Part shown: piece by piece, positions 1 through 12,739 of the stretch
How the letters are laid out: each line of letters starts with the position of its first letter
Position numbering within the stretch: position 1 is the first letter of the stretch
Source of the DNA: Mytilus edulis
Lineage: Eukaryota
Assembly (NCBI RefSeq): GCF_963676685.1
Contig: NC_092353.1
Coordinates: forward strand, 54,932,001 to 54,996,000
Direction: 5' to 3'
Length of the DNA: 64,000 nt
Notes under the pieces: model-generated
The model's input: the letters and a program-made list of their open reading frames with translations, nothing else
What the model was told of the DNA's origin: nothing
The model's database searches: none
Position numbers and translations under genes: made by a program

Positions 1-1145
1 AAATGACAGAAGTTAGCAACTATAAATCAGTATATGGCCTTCAACAATGATCAACACCCATATGATATAAAGCAACAAATGACAACCACTGAATTATAGG
101 TTCCTGACTTGGGACAGACACATACAGAAATATTGTTTTAGATAGAGGAACATGTGGTATGAGTGCCAATGAGATAACTCTCCATTGTTTGTTTTATATG
201 GTTATAATTAAATTAGATGTATGTTTCATTATAATACGTTATTCTGATTGGCTACACTGCAATCTTGAGTTATTCCTTAATCAACTTCATTACACAATCA
301 AATTTATCATTCATGATGACATGAGGTCTCACAATAAAGTGCACATGTAAATTAAATAAAAGTTGATAAAAATCATGTTTTCATGATCCTAGCTAAAAAA
401 TGTAATTATAAGTATTGAATGCTTCTTTTTGTAACCTCATAGGGTTGTAAAAGAGTTGACTAAGTGCACATTTTTAGAATGAAGCGCTTATGTGCTTCAT
501 ACAAAATGTACTTCGGTCAACGCTTTTACACTTCAATGAAGTTACAAAAAGAAGCATTCAATTCTAAATTACAACATGTTTCTATACAGTTTATTGCAGC
601 TATGTTGAGGAAACAGTAAAGCTTTGTATAAAAAAACTAACCATGCAAGAGAAGATCTGAAATATCTTGCCATCTTGGGGAATAAAAGAACCATGGAACC
701 CATGCTTAAATGTTTGTAAAGTTTGACCAACCATCTCCAGCCTTTTCAACAGACTCTTTGATAATATTTAGCAATGTCATTGACCATAAAATACTAATTG
801 AATTTTCCTAACCAATTGAAATGGCACTTGACCATTAAATACTGGTTGAATTTTCCTAACCAATTGAAATGGCACTTGACTATATAGTATACTATAGATT
901 TTTAACATTTTTTTTGAAATGGCAATGAATATTTTAGGTGCATCTTTGATAAACAAGATACACTCATAGTAACAAAATTAAAAAAATCTTCAAAAATCAG
1001 TACCCATGGAAAAAGAAAGAGAGTTTTTTCATATGTACAAGAATAAAAAAATTATTTGCCCCCATTTTTCAAAACAGTTGAGAAATATTTTATAAAAGCA
1101 TTATCTGTTATATTATTAATTCATCCTCATTTTTCCTTTTTTCAG

Positions 1146-1304
1146 GTAGACACAGGAGATTTTATGGACAGAATAGTTGGGCATAAGTTGGGACATAAAA
1201 CAGTGCAGCGTGTCCGTGTGTTAAAAATAAAAACAAAGAAAACAAGGAAAGGGAAGACCAAAGTTATTTGTAGAGTTTGGACCAGTCCATTTACAATTAA
1301 ATAA
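1146..1304 (+). CDS. MTRES1: Terminal coding exon of mitochondrial transcription rescue factor 1 (C6orf203-like, S4-domain C-terminus)
   Basis: Polypyrimidine tract + CAG acceptor ending at 1145; encodes VDTGDFMDRIVGHKLGHKTVQRVRVLKIKTKKTRKGKTKVICRVWTSPFTIK*, which aligns by eye to the recalled vertebrate C-terminus (VKVGDTLDLLIG...TVMRI...KT...KYRVVLRRWKS). Upstream exons lie outside the window. Confidence 0.75.
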   Translation, partial: VDTGDFMDRIVGHKLGHKTVQRVRVLKIKTKKTRKGKTKVICRVWTSPFTIK

Positions 1305-1414
1305 CCATTATTTTTACAAAGATAAACTGGACTATGCTATCTCTGTCTTATTGACAATTATGTTAGTGTTATTTTAATTAGAAATCTTTGAAATGTGTCT
1401 AAATTATCGATTAA

Positions 1415-2154
1415 AGGGACACTAGCTACGAGATATGAAAAAATTAGAATATGATTTTGTTTGGTTCAATCATGTTTTAAAAAAGTGAAATAATGAAATA
1501 ATAATTTGTTTAAAGAAGCCAATTTGGTTCAATTTTGTCAAAATGAGCTAAGAAATATTGCTGATGAATTATTCCCCTTGCAAGTGAACAATTCAACCTC
1601 ATTTATTCTGTATTCATATGACTGTCAATTTAACCAATCAGCTAGAGATTGGTTACACATGCATAAGTCTTGTTCATCCATTAAAAGGAAAAGAATGTCA
1701 ATATTGAAAGGTGAACCATTTCATTGACTGATTCGATCCACAAAAAATTCTTATCCAGGTAAAAATATTAATTAACTTATTTTTTAAACCATAACGTGAA
1801 ATCAAACGGACCTTTAAAAATCCAATTGCATGAGGACAAAATCTATTTATATCTATGTTTATGTTTATATGGGGTTATATGACCATATGCAGTAATCAGA
1901 AGTCATCTCAATAGTTAATTACATGGGGTCTAGACTGAAATACACATGAAATTCTAATATATATTATTGAATATTATGCTTTGTTAACTGTTTACTTCAG
2001 ACTTATTGCAATTTGGATATACGTTTTAGTATGTTATAAATGAAATATGAGAACTTGAGTCAAATTGGTGAACTTGAGTCAAATTGGTGAACTTGAGTCA
2101 AATTGGTGAACTTGAGTCAAATTGGTGAACTTGAATTTGACAGCTAGTGCCCCT
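1415..2154. mobile_element. Kolobok-like MITE with internal 19-bp tandem repeat
   Basis: TTAA|AGGGACACTAGCT ... AGCTAGTGCCCCT|GTAA (purine-starting TIR, TTAA TSD with one mismatch); GAACTTGAGTCAAATTGGT repeated 4+ times at 2051-2134. Confidence 0.7.
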
Positions 2155-2275
2155 GTAAGGACTGAATATTTTAGTACTCTTAAGGTGGTCAGTATTTTTT
2201 CAGTACATTTTTCTGATTTTTTACTTTAAGACACCCTGTTTTGAAAAGTTGTTTATTAGTTTGACTTCTGAATGA

Positions 2276-3222
2276 TTTTTAACCGGATTTTTGTGACAAA
2301 AATGTCGGTTATTGATTTGGGGATGTACGGCGGGCGGCCGGGCGGGGGGTCGGGCTGTCGGGCGGGCGGGCGGGCGGCAATCAAATGTTGTCCGTGCATT
2401 AACTCATGAACCGTTCAACCAAAGCTTTTAAAATTTTTATATGTTATTCCTGACAACTATACGAAGGTCAAGTTCAATAATGGCGATTTTGACTTTTACC
2501 GTTCAGGAGTTATGGTTCTTGAAAGATTGAAAAATGGAGTTGTCCGTGCATTTACGCATGAACTGTTCTACCAAAGCTTCCCAAATTTTAATATGTTGTT
2601 ACTAATGAAAGAATGGAGGTCAAGTTCAATAATGACGAATTTGACTTTTACCGTTCAGGAGTTATGGTTCTTGAAAGATTGAAAAATGGAGTTTCCAGTC
2701 GTGTCCGTGCATTTATGCATTAACTGTTCTACCAAAGCTTCCGAAATTTTAATATGCTGTTACTGATGACAAAATGGAGGTCAAGTTCAATAATGACGAT
2801 TTTGACTTTTACCGTTCAGGAGTTATGGTTCTTGAAAGATTGAAAAATGGTTTTTCCCGTCGTGTCCGTGCATTTTCTCATGAACCATTCAACCAAAGCT
2901 TTTGAAATTTTAATATGTTGTTACTGATGACAAAATAGAGGTCAAGTTCAATAATGACGATTTTGACTTTTACCGTTCAGGAGTTATGGTTCTTGAAAGA
3001 TCGTAAAATGGCGTTTCCATTCAGGTTGTTGCATTTACTCATGAACCATTCAATCTATGCTTTTCAAATTTTAATATGTTGATACTGATGACAAAATGGA
3101 GGTCAAATTTGATATTGACTATTTTTACTTTCACCATTCATCAGTAATGGTTCTTGTGATATTGCCAGAACACAAATAAATGTTAATAAATCCGGTTTGC
3201 TGTCGTTGTGACAGCCTCTTGT
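2276..3222 (+). mobile_element. Non-autonomous Helentron-type (HINE/DINE-1/pearl-like) element with ~160-bp internal satellite
   Basis: T-run + subTIR AACCGGATTT (2281) / AAATCCGGTT (3188), (GGGC)n microsatellite, about 5 tandem 152-161 bp units, 3' hairpin GCTGTC-gttgt-GACAGC then CTCTTGT. Confidence 0.8.
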
Positions 3223-4255
3223 AATTTAAATTAAGTAACAAATTACTCGATGAGACCCCTAAGAGAAATTATGTACTCAGATATACATGAACTCTTTGAA
3301 ACTTGGCACAGTGATAGAATGTTTAATTTTTCTTGAGAAATTAAGTGTGGTTAATTTACAATTGTATTTTAAATATACCTCTGCCGTATATATCACCACA
3401 CACAGTAAAAGTATCATTTCTTTGTTTTTGTTGATTAATATTGTCCTGCAATATTTATTTGTCAATTAGTCCTGAGACTATAATTATACAAGTATAATTG
3501 TCCCAGATTAGTCACATATTAGGCTATAATTTTTGGTTAAAGTAGTTTATCACAAATCTGTGAATATTTTGTTATTCAAGAAATATCAAAATAACTTTGG
3601 GTTAGAATGATAGCAAATTACAGAGCTATCTCCCCTTATTTTGATTATTTGTGCGTTTCAACCAAATCATTTCTTAAAATATCAAAACAGGAAAAAGCAA
3701 CAAATGTTATATTCGTTCACCATTTCACATTCTAAACTCAAAATTAATGTTAAGTTACGAAGGTTTTTGTTTGTCAGATTGACTCTCGAAATAAAATCTC
3801 ACACTTTTGTTGATTGTTGAACAATCATAACAATAAATTCAAACAAAAATTTCAGAAATTTTCAGAATATCAAGAGAACAATGTTTGTATTATTGTTCTT
3901 CCTATTGACATTTTGGAAAATGAATAAAAATAATTCAGAATTCAGGTCGCTGATACTCTTCACATCCTTGACAGCTGTTTTTTATCTTTATTTTTTTAAA
4001 GTAATTTTGTTCCTTTTATATGTAAAATGTTAATGGTTGGGAGGCATGTTGGAATACCAAGAAGCAGAATTTTTGAGCTATATGTATACATGTGATTGTG
4101 TTAATGATAAAAAAAATGATGTACAGACTCTGTTATATATGCCTACTTATCAGTATATTTAAATAAATATTTACCTTATATATTATAATATCCTAATCTA
4201 AGAGTTAGTTGTTTTTAGTGGCATTTAGAAAGTATTGTGTTGATGCCTTGATGAC

Positions 4256-4400
4256 AGAGTTTTTATGGTCTTTTATATTAAGAGTTTTTATGGTCTTTTA
4301 TATTAAGAGTTTTTTATGGTCTTTTATATTAAAAGTTTTTATGGTCTGTTTTTATGGTCTTAGAGTTTTTATGGTCTGTTTTAATGGTCTTTTATATTAT
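4256..4400. repeat. ~25-bp minisatellite (GAGTTTTTATGGTCTTTTATATTAA-like)
   Basis: Several direct copies visible, degenerating rightwards. Confidence 0.8.
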
Positions 4401-5515
4401 ATAAGACCCTTTTTTTGCAGAAACTATAATAGATAGAGAGAAACAAAACAGAAAGAATGTTTAACAAAATACGGTCTACAAATAAGCTATCTTTTTGTTG
4501 CAGAAACTATAATAGATAGAGAGAAATAATAACAGCAAGAATGTTCAGCAAAATATGGTCTACAAATAAGGTAACAAGACGAATAAGCCTTGTAAGATAC
4601 TTTTTATCATTTTTCATAAGCCTGCGACTTTTGTTGCAGGAAGCTTGACATGGATAGTGATCTGACAACGACATGCATGGCTATGGTGACATTAACTAAC
4701 TACTTAAAAGCATAATATTTTAGAAGGTAGAAGACCTGCATGGATACTTCATACATGTATATAGCAGTTTTCGTCCGTCATCATTTTCATGGTTCAGTGT
4801 AAAGGGTTAAGATCTTGTAATGCTAATTATTTATTCTCTTATTATTAGTAAAGGATAACTATATATGATACATGCATACCTTGAAGTCTTCATGCCACTT
4901 GACCTTGACCTCATAATATGGATTGGTGAATAAGGTTTTTGTGGTCAAGTCCATATCTTGGATACTATAACCCATAGGTCTACTATATTTTCACGGTTTG
5001 TTGCTCAATGATAAGTTTGAATGTTTTGGTCTTGCCTCTGTTGTTCTTAAACTGTAAGCAAAAGGTCAACTATGTTGAATGTATGGAATGGTTGAAATGT
5101 TTATATATATAATAGAAAAACATAAAGCAGAGGAACAGCACTTTCATTGCAATTCTTCTTCTCAAAGTTAGTGAGGCCTTCAACCCGGAGCAAAAAAAAC
5201 TCACCTTACTGCAAGTTTGTCTGTCGGGTATCATCTGACCTTGACTTCTTTTGCATGGTTCATTGGTCAATGTTACGATTTCTTGGTTAAGTTAGTTTCT
5301 TTGATACTATATCTGATACATCAACTATATTTGATTCATAGTATGATTGTAAAGAGTACAATATGTCAAATCTGGCAGAGTTCATCTTACCTTGAACTCA
5401 TATTCATAGTTCATAGTTCATTGGTCATTATTTAGTTTTCATGGTTTCTTTTATACCTCATAAGCAATTTTCTAGTATCATGATTAGTTACAGTGACACT
5501 TAAAGTAAAACTTAA

Positions 5516-7189
5516 GGGGGCTCCTGGGTATAAATGATTTTTTTTTTCTAATATAGGATTTCGCTATATTTTTTCATAAATGAACTTTATCCTATACTTA
5601 AAAGAAAAATGAAATAAAAAAATGGGGTCACCGTTTGTTTAAGCTAAAATCTGCCTCTGGAAGAAGCATACATTTTTGTTAATGTCCTTTTTTTCTGTTG
5701 AACTAATAGGAGAAAAACAGGAAATATTGAAATAAAAAAATAACCTAATATAAGAAATCGCTTAAATTTTACAATTATTTAGTTTATGTACAGCTTATTT
5801 GAAAACAATAATAAAAAATGTAGGTCACCGAAGAGTTAAAAAAGATATTTCAAATTTAAGGCCAAAAAATGGCATTTTGCATCAAAGGGAGATAATTTGG
5901 AGCATTTTCAATTTTTAAAGTCATCTGGGGCCAAACCAAATCATTTTTGTCGAGCCTGCAACTTTTGTTGCAGAAAGCTCGACATAGGGATAGTGATCCG
6001 GCGGCGGCTACGGCGGCGGCAACGGCGGCGGCTACGGCGGCGGCGTTAGCTCACTTCTTAAAAGCTTTATATTTTAGAAGGTGGAAGACCTGGATGCTTC
6101 ATACTTTGTATATAGATGCTTCATGTTACGAAGTTTCCGTCAGTCACATGTCCAATGTCCTTGACCTCATTTTCATGGTTCAGTGACCACTTGAAAAAAA
6201 AGTTCAAATTTTTTGTAATGTTGAATTCTCTCTTATTATAAGTAATAGGATAACTATATTTGATGTGTGCGTACCTTGCAAGGTCCTCATGCCCGTCAGA
6301 CAGTTTTCACTTGACCTCGACCTCATGTCATGGATCAGTGAACAAGGTTAAGTTTTGGTGGTCAAGTCCATATCTCAGATACTATAAGCAATAGGGCTAG
6401 TATATTCGGTGTATGGAAGGACTGTAAGGTGTACATGTCCAACTGGCAGGTGTCATCTGACCTTGACCTCATTTTCATGGTTCAGTGGTTATAGTTAAAT
6501 TTTTGTGTTTTGGTCTGTTTTTCTCATACCATATGCAATAGGTCTACTATATTTGTTGTATGGAATGATTGTTAAGTGTACATGTCTAGCGGGCAGATGT
6601 CATGTGACCTTGACCTCATTTTCATGGTTCAGTGGTCAAAGTTAAGTTTTTGAGTTTTGGTCTTTTTATCTAATGCTATATGCCATAGGTCAACTATATT
6701 TGGTGTATGGAAATATTTTATGATCTTTATGTCAGTCGAGCAGGTTTTATTTAACCGTGACCTCATTTTCACGGTTCATTGCACAGTGTTAAGTTTTTGT
6801 GTTTTGGTCTATTTTTCTTAAACTATAAGTAATGTGTCAACTATATATGTTGTATAGAAGCATTGTTAGCTGTACCTGTCTGCCTGGCATGGTTCATCTG
6901 ACCTGGACCTCTTTTTCAAGGTTCATTGGTCTTTGTTTAGTTATCTTGGTTAATGTAAAGTTTATGTGACAGTTGTAATAAAGCTTAGATTTATACTTAA
7001 GACTATCAACATAATATCAATGATTAGTATAGAAGGCAAGACATTTCAGCGTGTGCACTCTTGTATTTTATTTTGGATTGTTTTTTGTACCATATCATAA
7101 AGTAACAACTAATAGTGTAATAAATAAAATTTGTAATGAAAAAATAAAGGTTTAATTTTTTGCTAAAATTTTTGTACCCACGAGCCACC
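5516..7189. mobile_element. Kolobok-like MITE (TTAA TSD), split by a Helentron-type insertion
   Basis: TTAA|GGGGGCTCCTGGGTA ... TACCCACGAGCCACC|TTAA; 15-bp TIR with 2 mismatches. Confidence 0.7.
5944..7064 (+). mobile_element. Young non-autonomous Helentron-type element with ~147-bp internal tandem repeats
   Basis: TTTTTGTCGAGCCT head with 5' hairpin, (GGC)n-type microsatellite, recurring GACCTCATTTTCATGGTTCAGTG about every 147 bp, 3' AGGCAAGACA...GTGCACTCTTGT. Confidence 0.8.
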
Positions 7190-8285
7190 TTAATAGAACT
7201 TTCAACAATTACATAAAATCAATAATGATAAAGCAGCTTGGACATTTCAACTTGTGCACTCTTGCTTCATAAATGCAATAAAAGTATAAACAGACTAAAA
7301 TACATCGGGAGCACATCTTTTAGTTTTATGGACATTTTTACCTATTACTTCTGCTTTTTGCTTGTTTTATTCACACATTGTTGTCAATGTTATAAATGGA
7401 ATTTTATATGACTGTCATACAAGTGAGAGGTTGAATTAGCTATAAAACTAGGTTTAATCCACCATTTTCTACATAAGAAAACATAAGAAAATGTCTGAAC
7501 CCAGTCAGGAATATGACGGTTCAACTTATATCCATTCGTTTGTTGTGTTTGAGCTTTTGATTTTGCCATTTGATTGAGGACCCTCTGTTTTGAATTTTCC
7601 TTGGAGTTTGGTATTTTTGTTATTTTACATTTTATAGCATTCATCTGTTGTAGGGGAGATGAGGGGCCGTAGAGGGGGAAGCAACTTATTTTTTATTAAG
7701 TTTTGTTTTCACTGAAAATTCACTAACATTTGGTTTAAAAAAACTGGGAACAGTATGTCAATATATATGTTCCTGAAAAAGTACTTATGTATGTTTTTTG
7801 AAAAAAAAGTTTCTAATTAGGTTCAAGTTGAAAAAATATGTTTGTAGCTAGCTAGGTCTTTATAATTATAAAAAAATGTTTGTCCAAGAATACCATCCAT
7901 CTAGCACACGATGAATGGTAGTAGCCAAAGTTATTCTGCAAAAATTCAGCAAAATTCTTTTGAGTTTTCTTCTTATATAGTAACAGAGACATATATACAC
8001 AGAGATTGGCAACTCCGTGAAATCCCGTAAAACATCGCGGCCCGGGATGAGATTCTCGTCGATAAATATTAGAACATGTAATCAAGTCAGGGATGAATAA
8101 CCTCGATAGATTATCAAGAAAAGCAATGGGAAAATGATATCATAATTTTTCCCCAAAAAAATACTTGAATATTATATTTATATATAAGTATTTATTGAGA
8201 AAAATATATTTTCTGCATTTCATAATTAAAAATTCAAATCTGGTAATTTGCCGGGGGTGAAATTCTAAATGGATTAACATTAAAC

Positions 8286-8349
8286 CAGAGACATATATAC
8301 CAAGGATTTGTATAATACAAATCCTTGTATATACGTATATATGTCTCTG
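8286..8349. mobile_element. TIR-only P-family mini-element/footprint containing a second 27-bp TIR-only footprint
   Basis: Same 15-bp TIRs (8286-8300, 8335-8349) with TSD ATTAAAC (8279-8285, 8350-8356); inner palindrome CAAGGATTTGTAT-A-ATACAAATCCTTG (8301-8327) flanked by TATATAC on both sides. Confidence 0.88.
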
Positions 8350-9084
8350 ATTAAACAAATGCAAACATATTAATTGAACCCTGATCTGAACTTTATTTGA
8401 ACAGAAGTACGTATATATTATTAAAACGTGAAAACAAAATTAGTAAATTAACATGTCTAAAAGGGAAAGAAAACTCCTTGTTCTTAAATAAAAAATATGA
8501 TTCGTGGATTTTTTTTTATGTTCCGATTTTATTTCTTTGAAAATTGATTTCCGTGACTTTACATTTCAATATCTGTATGGTGTTTCAGACTTTATAAAGG
8601 AGATTAGCATGCACAATTGAAGTTACTTTTGTGGGGTTCCGGGATTTGTGACCCCCCTTTTTAACCTTAAATGTTTTTGAATTGGGATATAAGATATATC
8701 ACTTTTAAAAATGGCTATTTCCGCTGCTGGATTTGGTCTTCAATCCCATGGAAGATATCTATTTACATTAATTAATGATAATTATTAATTAAATACATCT
8801 TTGTTGGAGCAGTAAAAGACATTACAGCACCGACGATGTATATATAAGGAAATGAGTGAAGCTCTGAGCTTGGGTGGTTACTGATTTGTGATGAGTTAAT
8901 TAATGAACATATTATCAAGCTTGGATGCTTGCGAATATATCAAAAGTTAAAGTTTAAATAAACGTAAATTGAGAAAAAATGTATTCCTTTTTCGGCATTG
9001 TTAATTAATTCAAATTAAAATTTGGCAATGAAAATAACTTCATTTCTATGCAAAACTTTGCACATTACACATGCAAGTGAAATT

Positions 9085-9322
9085 ATGTCGAAATCAGATT
9101 TTTTATCATGGGATGACGATTTAGACGACTTTGAACTAGCATATCTTCTTGGTGATTATACGGACACTGATACTAATGCTGACTCAGTCTCTGCATGCAA
9201 GAAGCCAAAAAAGGACATTCAGTGTTCAGGATATATGTGTCCCGATTGCAAAAAAGTGTTAAAAACAATCTCTGGCTTTCGTGGTCATACAGCAAAACAA
9301 CACGGAAAGAGCAATTTGAAAG
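9085..9322 (+). CDS. Exon 1 of transposon-borne gene: acidic N-terminus + C2H2 zinc finger
   Basis: MSKSDFLSWDDDLDDFELAYLL...YMCPDCKKVLKTISGFRGHTAKQH (C-x2-C-x12-H-x4-H); phase-1 donor AAAG|GTTTGT; alternative in-frame ATG at 9028. Confidence 0.75.
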
Positions 9323-9397
9323 GTTTGTAATATTTTTGTATTGTTTGTCCCAAATATATATATTCCCATATTTCATGAACACTTTTTGTTAAGATAT

Positions 9398-9775
9398 AAA
9401 AAAGGAGATGTGGTATGATTGCCAATGAGACAACTATCCACAAAAGACCAAAATGACACAGACATTAACAACTATAGGTCACCGTACGGCCTTCAACAAT
9501 GAGCAAAGCCCATACCGCATAGTCAGCTATAACAGACCCCGATAAGACAATGTAAAACAATTCAAACGAGAAAACTAACTGCCTTATTTATGTAAAAAAA
9601 TGAACGAAAAACAAATATGTAACACATAAACAAACGACAACCACTGAATTACAGGCTCCCGACTTGGAACAGGCACATACATAAATAATGTGGCGGGTGT
9701 TAAACATGTTAGTGGAATCCCAACCCTCCTAGTGCCCCCTAACCTGGGACAGTGGTATAACAGTACAACATAAGA
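9398..9775. repeat. High-copy interspersed repeat (SINE- or Helitron-like non-autonomous family)
   Basis: GATGTGGTATGATTGCCAATGAGACAACT...GGCCTTCAACAATGAGCAAAGCCCATA...CCACTGAATTACAGGCTC; related fragments near 20-180, 10075-10360, 21125-21280, 33240-33440, 50915-51050. Confidence 0.75.
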
Positions 9776-11696
9776 GCCAAGTTACCTCAAGAAATAATTT
9801 GTTTTTATTATATAGGACATCGAATACATTCTGCAATAGGGACTCAATATATCCTAAAGTAATACTGAAATCCTTTATTATCTCCACTTTGCTTTTTGTC
9901 TTCTTGAGATCTTAACATGACTTATCCAATATCACACAAATGACAAATCCTTTACCACTAACAGAATGAAAACTACATTGAATTAAAAATGTGCCGACCT
10001 AATGGTGTAGAATTACTTACTGTCAATATTTTTTCAAGGCTGAATAACAACAATTTCTATCTCTTCAAAATAAGGAGATGTGGAAAATGAGAATACTATC
10101 CAACTTGAATTTATAAGCAATTATAGATCTCTGTGCATCCTTTAACAATAAGCAAAACCCATTTCTTTAGATATACAAAAGATGTGATATGATTGCCAAT
10201 GAGACAACTCTCCACAAGACCAAATGACACAGAAATTAACAACTATAGGTAAGCGTGTGGCCTTCAACAATGAGCAAAGCCCATATCCCAATTTCAGCTA
10301 TAAAAGGCCACAAAATGACAAATGTAAAATAATTCAAACGACAAAAGTACAGCCTAATTTTTTCTGAAGTCTGGGTGTGTCAGATTTACTCATAACCTTG
10401 AATTCTATATCTTTTTAGTTGATTTGTTTTGCTCACTCTTCAATTTTCTGTGTAGTGCCTTGATGACTGTTATTGTCTTTTTATTGATATTTTTAAATTT
10501 CTGTGTCAATTGCTTTCCTGTAAATATTTGTCTAATTGGCAATCATACCACATCTTGTTTTTATACATAGATGTGTGTTCCTTTTTAGGAGGTTGTTGTC
10601 TCATTGCTTCAACTTATTCATTTTTCTTGTACGATATATATAGACAAATAAGTACAAATATCAGCTTTAAAATTTATTGCTTCTTGACACAATTCCATAT
10701 GGCATTTGTCATCATGATTTATATACAAATAACAAAATATATACATAGATCAAATACATATGATAAAAGAACCCAAAACTAGATATAGGACAATGTTACA
10801 CTACAAGTTCTACACAGTATTATAAAATTTTGAAATAGGATGCCAAAAAAAATCATACAATATAGAACATGCTGACATTCAAAATTGGTCAGGGAAACAC
10901 ACCCGTATCCGCCAATGGGGTTTTGGGGCATATCCCCCCCCCTCCACCCAAGAAAATTTTGAAATTTTAGATGCAAAAATCCCAAAATCTGTGCATACCT
11001 TTTGACATTTTAGGGGTTCAACATATTTTGAAATTTAAACAAGTAATAGGGACAAATTATTTATTTATTTACTGAAAAAGGACTTTCTTGACGGGATATT
11101 AGTAACTGAAATGTCACTTTTCCGGGAAACGGGAAATGGTAACCTTTATGCCCTAGCATGAATAACAGTCTAATATATTATTTAAATTCTAGAAATTATT
11201 ACGAGTGAAAACCCCTTAAAATTCTCAAAGTTGAGTACACATATGTTTATGAATAATAATTTCACCCGATTGGCATTTATTTTTGAATCAAATTAATTGT
11301 GCAAGTTGGAGCACTTAAAATATCCCATGATGGAAGTTTGTTAATATGTAGAATTGACCAAAAAAATCAAACAACAAAGTCTATGTCCATAAAACTGAAC
11401 CATATATTTAAACAATATTGTCATGACATTCCCTAGTAGTCTATGTACATCATGTAAGTTACTCATACATCTTTAATGAAAAAATATCACACAAAAAAAT
11501 ATTTGGTTCGTCAAGCACTCAACAAAAAATACCCAATAAATAAACTAAAAAATGTATACAAATTTCCATTGTTTAACACTTAAAATAATAAAATAAATCC
11601 TCAATACAGTTATTTTTATACATATCATGTTATTTGTTTTTAATTATTTGAATTCATTCTTTCACATGAGAATTATATGATTTTTTTTCATTACAG

Positions 11697-12739
11697 CTTT
11701 TCAACACAGAATCCAAAATGGTGAGGTCCTTCAAGACCAAATAACTACTCCTCAATCAGATAAGAGTCAACAATCTACAATGACAGCAGTCACACTGGAC
11801 TCGATCTTCCAATCTGCATACAACAATACTCTCATATGTATTGAAGAGGACCCTATGTACAATATTTTTGGCGAGTCCACAATAGTTCAAATTGCTAAAA
11901 GCATTTCTGATAGCGTTGAGGTAAAGACATTTTTCTATGACCTGTTCAGGGAGATATTTAACTCAAATCCTAACTTAAGTTTGAATCATGACAGGGAGTT
12001 ATTTTTTACAAAGTTTCATGCTTTAAGACTCAGTTCATCAATTGACAAAGGATACACCGATCACTTCAGTCAAAATGGTTTTACACCTCTGGACAATAAA
12101 AATTTCATTCAAATAGTTATGTTGGAATTAATTAACCAATTGCTTTCTCAACAAACAATCCAAGAACAGAAATCATCCGATATAAATCACTCAGAGCTCA
12201 GCGAGAATGATCAAAATATCTTGTATTACATCTGTGGTTATATCATTCGTGCATGTGAAAAACGCTATTCCAAGCTTAAAGGTGACCTTCGGTCAATGAA
12301 GATCAACTGCATTGAGCAAGTTAAGTCGACATCAACTACTAATTCCTTTGTAAGCAAATACAACAAATGGACAGAGAAGAACGACAGAGGTGGTTTGATA
12401 ATGCCCTCTGACAACTTTTATTTGTTGACCAGGGAATTTGAAACTGTTGTAAGGAAGCACCTAGGAGACCAAGAACTAAATGCTAAATCCCTGCTACATG
12501 ATAAATTGAAAGAACTTATTATGGAATCATTCATGGTAAAATATTACTCTGAGCAGATTTTTGTGGGTATTGACTATGACGACTACGTTTTAATCTTGGA
12601 GGACATCATTCACCTATTTCTGACAATCCGTGGATTTTCTACTGCCAAAGTGATTAGAAACAAAATGATAAAAGACAAGGTCACATCAAAGAAGTCTTTG
12701 AGCCTAAGACAAGTTTTGAAGGAAAAACATAACAATTAA
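11697..12739 (+). CDS. Exon 2 of transposon-borne gene: P-element/THAP9 transposase C-terminal-domain-like protein (spliced product ~426 aa)
   Basis: TTTTTTTTCATTACAG acceptor, phase 1 matching the 9322 donor; stop-free 1043 nt; motifs LSENDQNILYYICGYIIR, DRGGLIMPSD, EFETVVRKH, LFLTIRGF and a basic tail. Confidence 0.82.

Larger units (their letters stand above)
4611..7264 (+). mobile_element. Old degenerate Helentron-type element interrupted by nested insertions
   Basis: 5' head AGCCTGCGACTTTTGTTGCAGGAAGCTTGACA and 3' tail ACATTTCAACTTGTGCACTCTTG match the head and tail of the younger copy at 5944-7064. Confidence 0.65.

Noticed and set aside
5947-6186. ORF with poly-Ala/Thr tract
   Set aside because: Translation of the GGC microsatellite inside a Helentron-type repeat.
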